From contig CAZHOS010000001.1 in the NCBI GenBank assembly GCA_964534605.1, forward strand, positions 39,198 through 103,197: DNA of 64,000 nucleotides, read 5' to 3'. Below, piece after piece: positions 17,195 to 26,083 of this stretch (position 1 is the stretch's first letter; each line of letters opens with the position of its first letter). This DNA is from an uncultured Candidatus Saccharibacteria bacterium (GTDB lineage: Bacteria; Patescibacteriota; Saccharimonadia; Saccharimonadales; VXPC01). Position numbers and translations under genes: made by a program. The notes beneath the pieces were generated by a model. It worked only from the letters and a program-made list of their open reading frames with translations. It was not told the origin of the DNA and did no database searches.

Positions 17195-19228
17195 CTAGTT
17201 AAGAGAGCTTACTTTTTGGGTTTTAATAACACTCTTTTGTAACTCGGGGTAGTCTTTTAGCTTTAATTTGCTACCAATAAACGCATCGGCCATCGCCCGA
17301 GCGACTGCAACCTGCTTTGCATCGGATATATTAGCCACGCGCAGATCCAGCGATCCGCTCTGACGCGTACCATAGATCGCACCAGGTCCACGCAGCTCTA
17401 AATCGAGCTCACTCAGCTTGAAGCCATCTTCCACTTGCTCTATATACCTCAGTCGTTTAGCCGGGGCTTGGTTATCTGCAAGCATCAACAAGCACGTACC
17501 CGCTGTGGTTCCACGTCCGACCCGGCCGCGCAACTGATGCAGTTGCGCTAACCCGAACCTATGCGGCGAGAGTATAGCTATTGTATGGGAGTTAACGACA
17601 TTCACACCGACCTCGATCACCGTTGTCGAGACCAATACATGGATCTTGCCGGACAGAAAGTCAGCCATAACTAACTCCTTCTGCTCGGCCTTAAGCTTAC
17701 CGTGCATTAGGCCTATAGAAGCGTCGGGATACTTGCGCTGCAAGTCACTATATATCTGCTCAGCGGGGTCCCCTACTTCTTCGCTATCAATACTGGGGCA
17801 CACAATATAGACCTGATTACTTTCGTCGGCATTGCTTATAAGACTTTTAAGTTTATTAGCTCTATGGGAAAGGCTGACAAGTTCTGTGCGGATAGATTTT
17901 TTGCCAGGTGGCTTCTCGCTAAGGATAGATATGTCTAGTTCGCCGTAGAGGATAAGCCCTAGTGTGCGGGGTATGGGTGTTGCAGTCATAGTAAGTATAT
18001 GGGGCATTAGCTTGGCTTTGCCTTGCAAGCTCTTGCGCTGCTCGACTCCAAAGCGGTGTTGCTCGTCGATTATAGCTAGTTGAACATTCTTGTAATCGAC
18101 CCCTTTCTGGAAGACAGCGTGCGTGCCTATTATTATCCGTGCATCGCCGCTAGCGACCCGCTGTAGTACGGCTTTTTTGTCAGGGGCTTTTTGTGATCCC
18201 GTCAGTACCGTTATTTGACTCGCTAAGCTGGTGCCGCCGAGTAGCTCCTGGAATGACTCGTAATGCTGCTTAGCTAACAAGTCTGTCGGTGCCATAACTA
18301 CTACCTGTCCGCCGTGACTAGCGACGTTCGCTGCCACCATCGCGGCGATAACTGTCTTGCCGGATCCTACATCTCCCTCTACCAGCCTGTTAAGAGGCCT
18401 GTCAGCTTCTTGCATATCCTTAAGTATTTGCCAGGCTATCGCCCGCTGTTGATCCGTAAGTGTGTAGGGCAGATCTTTAGATATAGACACCAGCAGGTCT
18501 TCGTTAACGGTGATTTTAGGCGAGCGCAGGACAGAATATTTCTGGCGCAATAACTGGCTAGACAGACTAAGTTCGAACAGCTCACGCACACCCAGCTCGA
18601 ACCGGGCCTCCTGAACATCTTCAGTTCTGGCTGGGAAGTGTAGCTTGTTAAGCGTCGTGCTAAGGCTAGGCAAGCCTACATCCGCCAATAACTGTGCTGG
18701 TAGCCTCTCTGGTATGTCGTCTATGCATGACTTTACACCGCTAATGGCTTTTCTGATCCGTAGGCTGCTAAGCCCCTTAGTTTCTGGATAAACTGGCAGT
18801 ACCCGTGCTGTATTAATCTGAAAGTCACTAACTAGCTCGATAGTTGGGTTAATAAGCGACAAATGCTTGCCACTAAAGTCGTATTGCCCTGACAAATAGT
18901 ACTCGGCGCCCTTTTTGATGCTCTGGGCTCGGTAAGGTTGGTTAAACCAGACGATGCCAATAGCCCCGCTATCGTCGGTCGCTTTACCTTGGGTGATGTG
19001 CATGCCGCGGGCTTTGCCGTAGCGTGGTGCGCTGGTAGATATCTTGGCCTTCAGCGTTACAGGACCTGGTTCAACGTCGGCTATCTGCTGCACTTTAGAA
19101 TAGTCCTCGTACCGACGAGGGTAATGATCCAGTAAGTCCCCGATCGTCTCTATGCCTAAACGATTAAACAGTAAGCTCACCTTAGGCCCAATGCCGGCCA
19201 CCATGTCTATTTTGTCTGACAAGCGCAT
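17195..19228 (-). CDS. recG: ATP-dependent DNA helicase RecG
   Basis: 677 aa with wedge domain, helicase motifs (DVGSGKT Walker A, DEQHRFG) and a C-terminal RecG domain. Confidence 0.9.
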   Translation of the reverse strand: MRLSDKIDMVAGIGPKVSLLFNRLGIETIGDLLDHYPRRYEDYSKVQQIADVEPGPVTLKAKISTSAPRYGKARGMHITQGKATDDSGAIGIVWFNQPYRAQSIKKGAEYYLSGQYDFSGKHLSLINPTIELVSDFQINTARVLPVYPETKGLSSLRIRKAISGVKSCIDDIPERLPAQLLADVGLPSLSTTLNKLHFPARTEDVQEARFELGVRELFELSLSSQLLRQKYSVLRSPKITVNEDLLVSISKDLPYTLTDQQRAIAWQILKDMQEADRPLNRLVEGDVGSGKTVIAAMVAANVASHGGQVVVMAPTDLLAKQHYESFQELLGGTSLASQITVLTGSQKAPDKKAVLQRVASGDARIIIGTHAVFQKGVDYKNVQLAIIDEQHRFGVEQRKSLQGKAKLMPHILTMTATPIPRTLGLILYGELDISILSEKPPGKKSIRTELVSLSHRANKLKSLISNADESNQVYIVCPSIDSEEVGDPAEQIYSDLQRKYPDASIGLMHGKLKAEQKELVMADFLSGKIHVLVSTTVIEVGVNVVNSHTIAILSPHRFGLAQLHQLRGRVGRGTTAGTCLLMLADNQAPAKRLRYIEQVEDGFKLSELDLELRGPGAIYGTRQSGSLDLRVANISDAKQVAVARAMADAFIGSKLKLKDYPELQKSVIKTQKVSSLN

Positions 19229-19285
19229 AGCTATAGTCTACATGAGTGGTTTACACTCTGCGCCCCTAGCCTGTATCATCTGTTT

Positions 19286-20251
19286 ATGGTTAATCCAAAA
19301 CTTCTGCACCCCCTCCAGAGCGAGGCCTGGCAACCTATCTACCCAAACACACACCGCCTGATCGCGGCCGGCACACCGACGAATATTCGTCTCGTCTCGC
19401 CCGCATACTCCAAAATGCCCTACGCTATTATCACCCGTCCCGGTAATAGGAGCTGGGACACAGATGGCTGGCTGCAAGACATAACCCTCGCAGTAAGCGA
19501 GCTAGGTGTCAGCCACCTTGTTATCGAGCCAGATGGGCGTTATTTGCCTGCAGGACGCACACTAGAAGGGTTCATAGTCTCTAGCGCGCCAGGCTTAACA
19601 AGTCGCTACAGCGCCGTTCTAGATCTAAGCCCAAGCGAAGAAGAGCTCCTAGCTAGCTGTAGTAAATCGCATCGACAAAATATCCGCAAAGCAATCAAAA
19701 ATGGATTACAGTTCGAAATCTTTACAGAAGGGACGGCTGGAATAGAACGTTTTGTGGCTATTGTCGAGTCTATGTCCACTAGCAAGAGCTTCGTGCAGTA
19801 CTCTAGTGCTCATATAGAGAATGTATGGCAAGCAATGTCCGATGCTAGTAGCGCCTATATCGTTATTGGTACATACGAAGGGCAAGACGTCGGAGGCTAC
19901 ATGGTGGTCCATAACGGCCAAGAGGCCTATCAACTCTATGGAGGTCGCACCCAGGCTGGACGCGACAACCGCCTGGCGCAAGCAATAGGTTTCGAGGCTC
20001 TACTGCAAGCAAAACGTCTGGGGATTAGACACTACGACATGTGGGGTATAGGTAGATTCGACAGCGGGGGCCCGGATAAAGACGACGAGAAGTACGGAAT
20101 AGGCAAGTTCAAGCTAGCATACGGGTCGATACCATACGACCATGGCCCCAATCTAGAGCATATCTTTGACCAAAAAGCATACGACCGCGCTAAACTAACT
20201 GCAAAATTATCGCAAAAGAAACTAACAATCAAGAAGAAGTTATCACGCTAA
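19286..20251 (+). CDS. FemAB-family peptidoglycan interpeptide-bridge aminoacyltransferase (GNAT fold)
   Basis: 321 aa. The C-terminal region YQLYGGRTQAGRDNRLAQAIGFEALLQAKRLGIRHYDMWGIG matches the FemAB/FemX core. Lies immediately upstream of a class A PBP. Confidence 0.6.
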   Translation: MVNPKLLHPLQSEAWQPIYPNTHRLIAAGTPTNIRLVSPAYSKMPYAIITRPGNRSWDTDGWLQDITLAVSELGVSHLVIEPDGRYLPAGRTLEGFIVSSAPGLTSRYSAVLDLSPSEEELLASCSKSHRQNIRKAIKNGLQFEIFTEGTAGIERFVAIVESMSTSKSFVQYSSAHIENVWQAMSDASSAYIVIGTYEGQDVGGYMVVHNGQEAYQLYGGRTQAGRDNRLAQAIGFEALLQAKRLGIRHYDMWGIGRFDSGGPDKDDEKYGIGKFKLAYGSIPYDHGPNLEHIFDQKAYDRAKLTAKLSQKKLTIKKKLSR

Positions 20252-20334
20252 TGCTTGGCAGCTATTTTTCAGATTAAGACCAGCTTTGTTATTGTGGTTA
20301 TTTTGATATAATAAGCTCTATATTTGGAGATCAA

Positions 20335-23256
20335 ATGAAGAAGACCAAGAAGAAAATTTCTCACACAGCGAAGAAAGTACGTAAGCCTGTAAAAAAGGCT
20401 CGTAAGGTTGCGTCCAATGCTAAGGTCAAGCGCAAAGTAAAAAAACAAGCGCGCACCCAAAAACAGGCCGAGTATCTGAGCACCCTACCGAAAGGTAGGT
20501 TTAAGCGAATGCTATGGCGCCTGCACCCCAAACGCGTAGCTCGTTACTGGTTTAGTCGCCGTGGTTTGATTATGGGCCTTAGGCTGGCTGGTGTAGGACT
20601 TTTTGTTGGATTAGCCTTCTTGTTCGGACTATTTGCCTTTTACCGCAAGGATCTACCTACAGATATTGCTCAGTTGCAAGCCTGTGTTCAAGGCCAAACA
20701 ACAGAATACTATGACAGTACTGGCGAGACTCTGCTGTGGGCCAGTCAAGGCGACGTTGATTGTACGCCAGTAGACCTTGCTCAGATTAACGATACGCTCG
20801 TACAAGCGGTTCTAGCCGTCGAGGATCAAAAATTTTTTGAACACAGTGGTTTTGACTGGCGTGGTGTTCTGCGAGCGGGGATTAACAACGTTACTGGAGG
20901 CCGCCAACAAGGTGGATCGACTATTACTCAGCAATACGTAAAAAACGCGATCTTGCAAAATAACGAAAAACTTTACTCTAGAAAGATTAAAGAATTAATA
21001 CTCTCTGTCGAGTTGTCGAGATCCTTCTCTAAAGAAGAAGTCCTAAACGCCTACTTAAATGTAGCCTCATTCGGCTCGGTCTACGACGGAATAGAGGCTG
21101 CCAGCCGAGGTTATTTCGAGAAGCCTGCAGCCGACCTAACACTAGACGAGTCAGCCTTACTAGCAGCAGCCATCCCTGCCCCAACCTTTTACTGGAATAG
21201 CCCAGAAGACCACGTAGTGCGCCAACAATTTGTATTGCGGTCTATGCTTGATCAAGGCCGTATAACGCAAGCAGAATTTGACGCAGCTATGGATGTAGAC
21301 ACATTGGCCAAGGTCGTAGATAGTCGCAACCAGTACGAAGGAATCATCGCCCCGCACTTTGTACTAGAAGCAGAGCAGCGTCTAGTAGATGAGTTTGGCG
21401 AGGGCATCCACCGGCTCGGGCTCCAAGTCATAACGACCATAGATCTAGAAGCCCAAGAACTAGCCGAGCAATCTATCGAGGACGCTATCCCAAGTATCGA
21501 GGCCCGTGGCTTTGACAACGGCGCAGCTGTGGCTGTCGACACCGAAACAGGCAAAGTGATCGCACTCGTAGGATCGCGCGACTTTGACTTCCCTGGCTAT
21601 GGCCAAAGCAATGTCGTTGCCCAGCAGCGAGACCCAGGCTCGGCATTCAAGATATTCGACTATGCGTCTGTTATCGAGAACACTACCGATTACGGTGCTG
21701 GTAGTATCTTCTATGACTACAAGACAGAGTTGGCGCGTGATTGGGAGCCAAAGAACTATAATGGCCTCCACAACGGTCCTGTCACTGCCCGGTTCTCTCT
21801 TGGTCAATCCTTTAACATCCCAGCCATTAAGGCTATGTACATAGCAGGTATAGAGGAAACCCACTTGTTAGCCCGCGAAGCTGGCCTACGCACACCGGTA
21901 GTTTGTGGACAAAGCGGAGTCTGTGGTCTTGCTACCGCCTTTGGATCAGGAGCCGAGCTTCGTCTAGACGAACTTACAAACTCCTACGCAACGTTTAGCC
22001 GCGAAGGTACATATCAACCCCTTACCTACATAGACCAGGTTATTGATGCGGACGGCGAAGTAATCAAAAAATGGGAGGCAGCACCCGAAGACGTTATTGA
22101 CCCTCAGACTGCCTACATCCTGACCAACATACTAACTGATGACTCTGTCCGCTTTGCACGCAACACGTTCACCGTGCCGGGTGTAACTACAGCTGTAAAG
22201 ACAGGTACAGATGACGGGTTCAAAAACAACACTGTATTAGGCTATAGCAAGTCTGTCGCCTTTGGAGCCTGGTTTGGTCACCACGACATTACTAGAAGCT
22301 TTAGTGAGTCCAATACTACACCTGTGCGTGCGGCTATATTCCGCTCGTTCATGAGCGCTTACCACAAGGACCTGCCAGAATCTGCCAAGAACAATTGGCA
22401 AGAGCCTGAGGGTATCAAGAGAGTCCAGATAGATCCTATCACCGGGTTCCAAGTAGCCTCTGGTGGGCGTGTAGACATTTACCCATCATGGTATGTCCCC
22501 AAGACCCAAGACACCCAGGAAGAAGTCGAGATCGACTCAGTCAGTGGAGGCCTAGCAACCGAATGTACGCCAGAGCGTGCCATCCAGATTGTTACCGGCG
22601 GCAACATCAATGCCGAACTGCCAGAGGATGACCCTTACTTTAACGAATGGAACGGCCCAGTCTTAGCAGCCCTCGGTAACGTGGCTGGCGGAGCTGTACC
22701 AACAGAAGATGACGACCTCCACGACTGCGGTGATAACCGACCGAGCGTAAGCTTTGTCAGCGTACCGGCTCTCTGTGATCAGACCTGTGCTATTACAGTT
22801 GACCTACAAAGAGGTACGCATGCTCTAGAGACAGTCAACTTTAGTGTCGACGGGCAAATACTACCCGGCGGATCTATTAGTACCGGAGATGGTGGTGGTC
22901 AGATAGTATTTAACTTCGAGCCAGACTTTAGCGGATCAAAGGCCCTAAATGTGGAGGTGGTTGACTCTGCCCTCTATGACGCAAGCATAAACAGGACTAT
23001 TGTGTTCGAGCAGACCGTACCAGTAGCGCTCGAGGACATAACAGTCGGTAGTGGATTTATAAATGTTAGCTGGAATCGTCCAGAGAACGGCCTCGAGCTC
23101 GACTTTGGCGGGGCATGCGACGGAGAAGCTAACGCAGTCCTACCAGGCGGCAGTGCAAGTACGATCATCGATACAGAGGATTTTCCGACTGGCAGCTGCA
23201 ATGCAACACTGATCAATAACGGCGCTGGTGTTAACACTATCAGTTTCGACCTATAA
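20335..23256 (+). CDS. class A penicillin-binding protein (transglycosylase plus transpeptidase) with Lys-rich N-terminal tail and long C-terminal extension
   Basis: GT51 motifs EDQKFFEHSGFDWRG, GGSTITQQYVKN and RKIKE are followed by a transpeptidase domain. A K/R-rich cytoplasmic tail of about 70 aa precedes the TM segment. About 250 extra C-terminal residues follow. GGAG SD 7 nt upstream. Confidence 0.9.
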   Translation: MKKTKKKISHTAKKVRKPVKKARKVASNAKVKRKVKKQARTQKQAEYLSTLPKGRFKRMLWRLHPKRVARYWFSRRGLIMGLRLAGVGLFVGLAFLFGLFAFYRKDLPTDIAQLQACVQGQTTEYYDSTGETLLWASQGDVDCTPVDLAQINDTLVQAVLAVEDQKFFEHSGFDWRGVLRAGINNVTGGRQQGGSTITQQYVKNAILQNNEKLYSRKIKELILSVELSRSFSKEEVLNAYLNVASFGSVYDGIEAASRGYFEKPAADLTLDESALLAAAIPAPTFYWNSPEDHVVRQQFVLRSMLDQGRITQAEFDAAMDVDTLAKVVDSRNQYEGIIAPHFVLEAEQRLVDEFGEGIHRLGLQVITTIDLEAQELAEQSIEDAIPSIEARGFDNGAAVAVDTETGKVIALVGSRDFDFPGYGQSNVVAQQRDPGSAFKIFDYASVIENTTDYGAGSIFYDYKTELARDWEPKNYNGLHNGPVTARFSLGQSFNIPAIKAMYIAGIEETHLLAREAGLRTPVVCGQSGVCGLATAFGSGAELRLDELTNSYATFSREGTYQPLTYIDQVIDADGEVIKKWEAAPEDVIDPQTAYILTNILTDDSVRFARNTFTVPGVTTAVKTGTDDGFKNNTVLGYSKSVAFGAWFGHHDITRSFSESNTTPVRAAIFRSFMSAYHKDLPESAKNNWQEPEGIKRVQIDPITGFQVASGGRVDIYPSWYVPKTQDTQEEVEIDSVSGGLATECTPERAIQIVTGGNINAELPEDDPYFNEWNGPVLAALGNVAGGAVPTEDDDLHDCGDNRPSVSFVSVPALCDQTCAITVDLQRGTHALETVNFSVDGQILPGGSISTGDGGGQIVFNFEPDFSGSKALNVEVVDSALYDASINRTIVFEQTVPVALEDITVGSGFINVSWNRPENGLELDFGGACDGEANAVLPGGSASTIIDTEDFPTGSCNATLINNGAGVNTISFDL

Positions 23257-23268
23257 GAGTAGTTAGTA

Positions 23269-24234
23269 GTGATAAGAAGACTATCCGGCGGCTTTGCAAT
23301 AGGGCTCGTTATGGGGCTGGCTATATTTGCCTTCCTTAACCCCTATTCGTTCCCGGACTGGTGGACACTACGGTCGTACACGCCGTCTGCAGAAATAGAG
23401 GCGTTAGCCAAAAACAGCTTCTTTACGAGCGAAGCCGAGCGCCTATTCTATGTGCACGATCCAAAGCTGCAATCATCCGAGGAATTTATGTCTAACTGCC
23501 CTGTCGAGGAGACTGTCGTGTTAGGTTGCTACGACGGTAGAGGCATCTATATATTCGAGGTAGAAGAAGAGCAGCTAGATGGCATAGAGGAAGTAACGGC
23601 AGCTCATGAAATGCTGCATGCAGCCTACGCCAGATTAAGCAACAGCGACCAACAAGAGGTTGTCGAGTGGTTAAATATCACATTCGACCAGGTATCTGAC
23701 CAGCGCATCAGAGACGTTGTGGCGACCTACGAGTCACAGGGACAAGACGTTATCGATAACGAACTCCACTCTATCCTTGCAACAGAGCTAGAAGAGTTGC
23801 CAGAATTCCTAGAAGACTACTATTCGCAGTATTTTACAGATAGATCGCAGGTCGTTGCCCTCAGCCAGCAATATGAGGCAGTGTTTACGGCCCTTAAAGA
23901 TCAGGTAGACAACCTAGATATGCAGTTATCAGATCTATCGGCCAGCATCCGCCTACTGGAAGCTTCACTAGAGACACAGGGCGATACTATCAATACCGAG
24001 CGTGAGCGTATCAGTACGCTGCTAGACAACGATGATATCCCAGCCTACAACCAGGCGATTCCAGGCTTTAACCAATCTATCGACGCCTACAACCAGGACT
24101 TCGCACAACTAGAAGTCTTGATCGCAGAGTTTAACGACCTCGTCAAACAGCGCAACAGTATTGCAACCGAGCAAAATAATCTTGTCGAGAGCATTGATAG
24201 TAACTTTAGCCAGCAAGAAGGCTCTGGTGGCTAA
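23269..24234 (+). CDS. membrane-anchored protein with HExxH zinc-metallopeptidase-like motif and C-terminal coiled coil
   Basis: N-terminal TM (FAIGLVMGLAIFAFL), then AAHEMLHAAY, then a Q/E/L-rich heptad-like C-terminal half. The 3' end overlaps the radA start region. Confidence 0.5.
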   Translation: MIRRLSGGFAIGLVMGLAIFAFLNPYSFPDWWTLRSYTPSAEIEALAKNSFFTSEAERLFYVHDPKLQSSEEFMSNCPVEETVVLGCYDGRGIYIFEVEEEQLDGIEEVTAAHEMLHAAYARLSNSDQQEVVEWLNITFDQVSDQRIRDVVATYESQGQDVIDNELHSILATELEELPEFLEDYYSQYFTDRSQVVALSQQYEAVFTALKDQVDNLDMQLSDLSASIRLLEASLETQGDTINTERERISTLLDNDDIPAYNQAIPGFNQSIDAYNQDFAQLEVLIAEFNDLVKQRNSIATEQNNLVESIDSNFSQQEGSGG

Positions 24235-25555
24235 ATCTACCGCCAGCTACCTATGCAGCTCGTGTGGGGCCAAGAGCAATCAATGGAGCGGTAAATGCTT
24301 CGAGTGTGGAGATTGGGGCAGCCTAGAGGCTGACCAAGCAGCAACGCTGAATGTTAGTGCCGGTTCCGGTAAACAAGTAAGCGGTAAAAAGATCCAAGCC
24401 TCCCCTATTAGCAAAAAGACAAAGGGTATCGATAGCCACCGCTTAAGCACTGGCACCAAAGAAGTTGACCAAGTACTAGGGGGAGGCGTTGTGCAGGGCT
24501 CTGTTGTACTGCTAGCAGGACAGCCAGGAGCAGGTAAAAGCACTTTGCTGCTGCAAGTAGCTGCATATCTGGGCAAAAGCAGCAAAACAATCTATATTAG
24601 CGGCGAGGAGTCAGAGCGCCAGGTAAGCTCCCGCGCCAATCGTCTCAAGCTAGGTGCCACAGACCTGCAGTTGGCTAGCAACAATTCAGCCGACGACATC
24701 GCCGCTACTATCGCCAGCGGTGATTATGACGCCGTTATTGTTGACTCTATACAAACCATCAATACTAGCAGCTCTAGCGGTGTACAGGGTGGTGTATCGC
24801 AGATAGTCAACTCCACCCATATGCTAATCAATGCTGCCAAGCAAAGTGACACGGCTCTAATCCTCGTTGGTCACGTCACCAAAGAAGGCAACATCGCCGG
24901 CCCCAAGCTGCTCGAGCACCTTGTCGATGTTGTGCTACAGCTAGAGGGTGATAAGTTTGTAGGGTTCAAGCTGCTGCGAGGGCGCAAGAACCGCTACGGC
25001 TCTGTCGACGAAGTAGCCGTTATGGAAATGGGAGAGCTAGGCATGCATCCTGTCGATAACCCTTCGGCCGCTTTGCTAGAGGAGCGTCAACTAACAGACG
25101 GCTCGGTAATATTTGCGGCCATGGAGGGTACCAAGCCACTACTTGTAGAGATCCAGGCGCTCACTAACAAATCAGCCTTCGGTTACCCCAAACGCACAGC
25201 TGTGGGCTTTAGCCAAAATCGACTCAACTTGATAATCGCAATACTCGAGAAACGCACCAAACTATCGCTAAGTGACATAGACATCTATATATCAGTTAGC
25301 GGCGGCCTAACTATTACAGAGCCTGCAGCAGACCTAGCCGTAGCCATGGCCATCGCTAGCAGCGCCAAAGGGCTGGCGCTACCCAAAGACGCCGCCGTCT
25401 ACGGCGAAGTTGGCCTGGGCGGCGAGATCCGCCGAGTAATTTTTGCCGACAAGCGGGCGAAAGAAGCTAAGAAGGTCGGCTTCAAGACCGTGATTGGCCC
25501 AGCTAGTACCAAAAAACTAGATTTAAAGTCACTCCTTAATACTTACCTAAAGTAG
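24227..25555 (+). CDS. radA: DNA repair protein RadA (Sms)
   Basis: C4 zinc finger CSSCGAKSNQWSGKCFECGDWGS, Walker A GQPGAGKSTLLLQ, KNRYG signature and a Lon-like C-terminal domain. Start placed at GTG 24227 (VAKSTASYLC...) with AAGAAGG SD 6 nt upstream. The ORF is also open from the ATG at 24161. Confidence 0.88.
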   Translation: MAKSTASYLCSSCGAKSNQWSGKCFECGDWGSLEADQAATLNVSAGSGKQVSGKKIQASPISKKTKGIDSHRLSTGTKEVDQVLGGGVVQGSVVLLAGQPGAGKSTLLLQVAAYLGKSSKTIYISGEESERQVSSRANRLKLGATDLQLASNNSADDIAATIASGDYDAVIVDSIQTINTSSSSGVQGGVSQIVNSTHMLINAAKQSDTALILVGHVTKEGNIAGPKLLEHLVDVVLQLEGDKFVGFKLLRGRKNRYGSVDEVAVMEMGELGMHPVDNPSAALLEERQLTDGSVIFAAMEGTKPLLVEIQALTNKSAFGYPKRTAVGFSQNRLNLIIAILEKRTKLSLSDIDIYISVSGGLTITEPAADLAVAMAIASSAKGLALPKDAAVYGEVGLGGEIRRVIFADKRAKEAKKVGFKTVIGPASTKKLDLKSLLNTYLK

Positions 25556-25603
25556 GTTCATGCCTCCTTTTTATGCGGTCAATGGCACAGCCTTTATATA
25601 ACC

Positions 25604-25860
25604 CTTCCAATACTTTTTCTCAAAAAGTATCACAAGAACACCCCAGCGGTAATCAGAAGACAGACTAGCAAAAACCTTTACCTACAATCAGCAGCCTGCG
25701 GGACTCCCTCTGGTCGGTCTGAGTTAGCTAAAAGCCAACAACCAGACTGATCCTCGCCTGAATGACTGCAGGCAAGAGTTTTAGGCTAATCTGTTCTGAT
25801 TAATGCTGGGAATAGAGGTAAAGCCAGCTCGCTGGCTTTAGAGTTAGTGATTGCGGCTAC
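25604..25860 (+). repeat. copy 1 of a roughly 260-nt conserved intergenic element (candidate structured RNA)
   Basis: Shares extended similarity with 37731..37990 (+) and 46320..46665 (-). Contains palindrome ATACTTTTT-CTC-AAAAAGTAT, block CACCCCAGCGGTAATCA, block CAATCAGCAGCCTGCGGGACTCCCTCTGGTCGGTCTGAG, and hairpin AAGCCAGC-TCG-GCTGGCTT. Begins 49 nt after the radA stop. Confidence 0.6.
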
Positions 25861-25902
25861 GCCGCTCTGCTCGTTACACACCTTTAGTCTGCTGATACAT
25901 TT

Positions 25903-25931
25903 TTGACATTATTTGTCTTTTCTGGTAAAAT
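25903..25931 (+). promoter_or_regulatory. sigma70-like promoter for ORF 26084
   Basis: TTGACA - 17 nt - TAAAAT, followed by a roughly 145-nt hairpin-rich leader. Confidence 0.5.
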
Positions 25932-26083
25932 AATTTTATCAACTTTAGGTTGAGTACATCACATTTTTGCTGATTTTAAGGCAGGATTAGAGCTCATTTT
26001 AAGTGGACTGTAATCCTGTCTTAAAAAGACAGTGGGCAAATCGCCCTTCTGATGTAAATCAGAGTTAGGGCAAGGAGCCCATT

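Noticed and set aside
25604-25860. CRISPR array, MITE/IS or T-box/riboswitch interpretation of the three-copy intergenic element
   Set aside because: Not CRISPR: there are no short regularly spaced repeat-spacer units, only three roughly 260-nt co-linear copies. Not a MITE or IS: there are no terminal inverted repeats, target-site duplications or transposase. Not a T-box or known riboswitch: none of the conserved cores (e.g. AGGGTGGNACCGCG) is present, and the downstream genes are unrelated.
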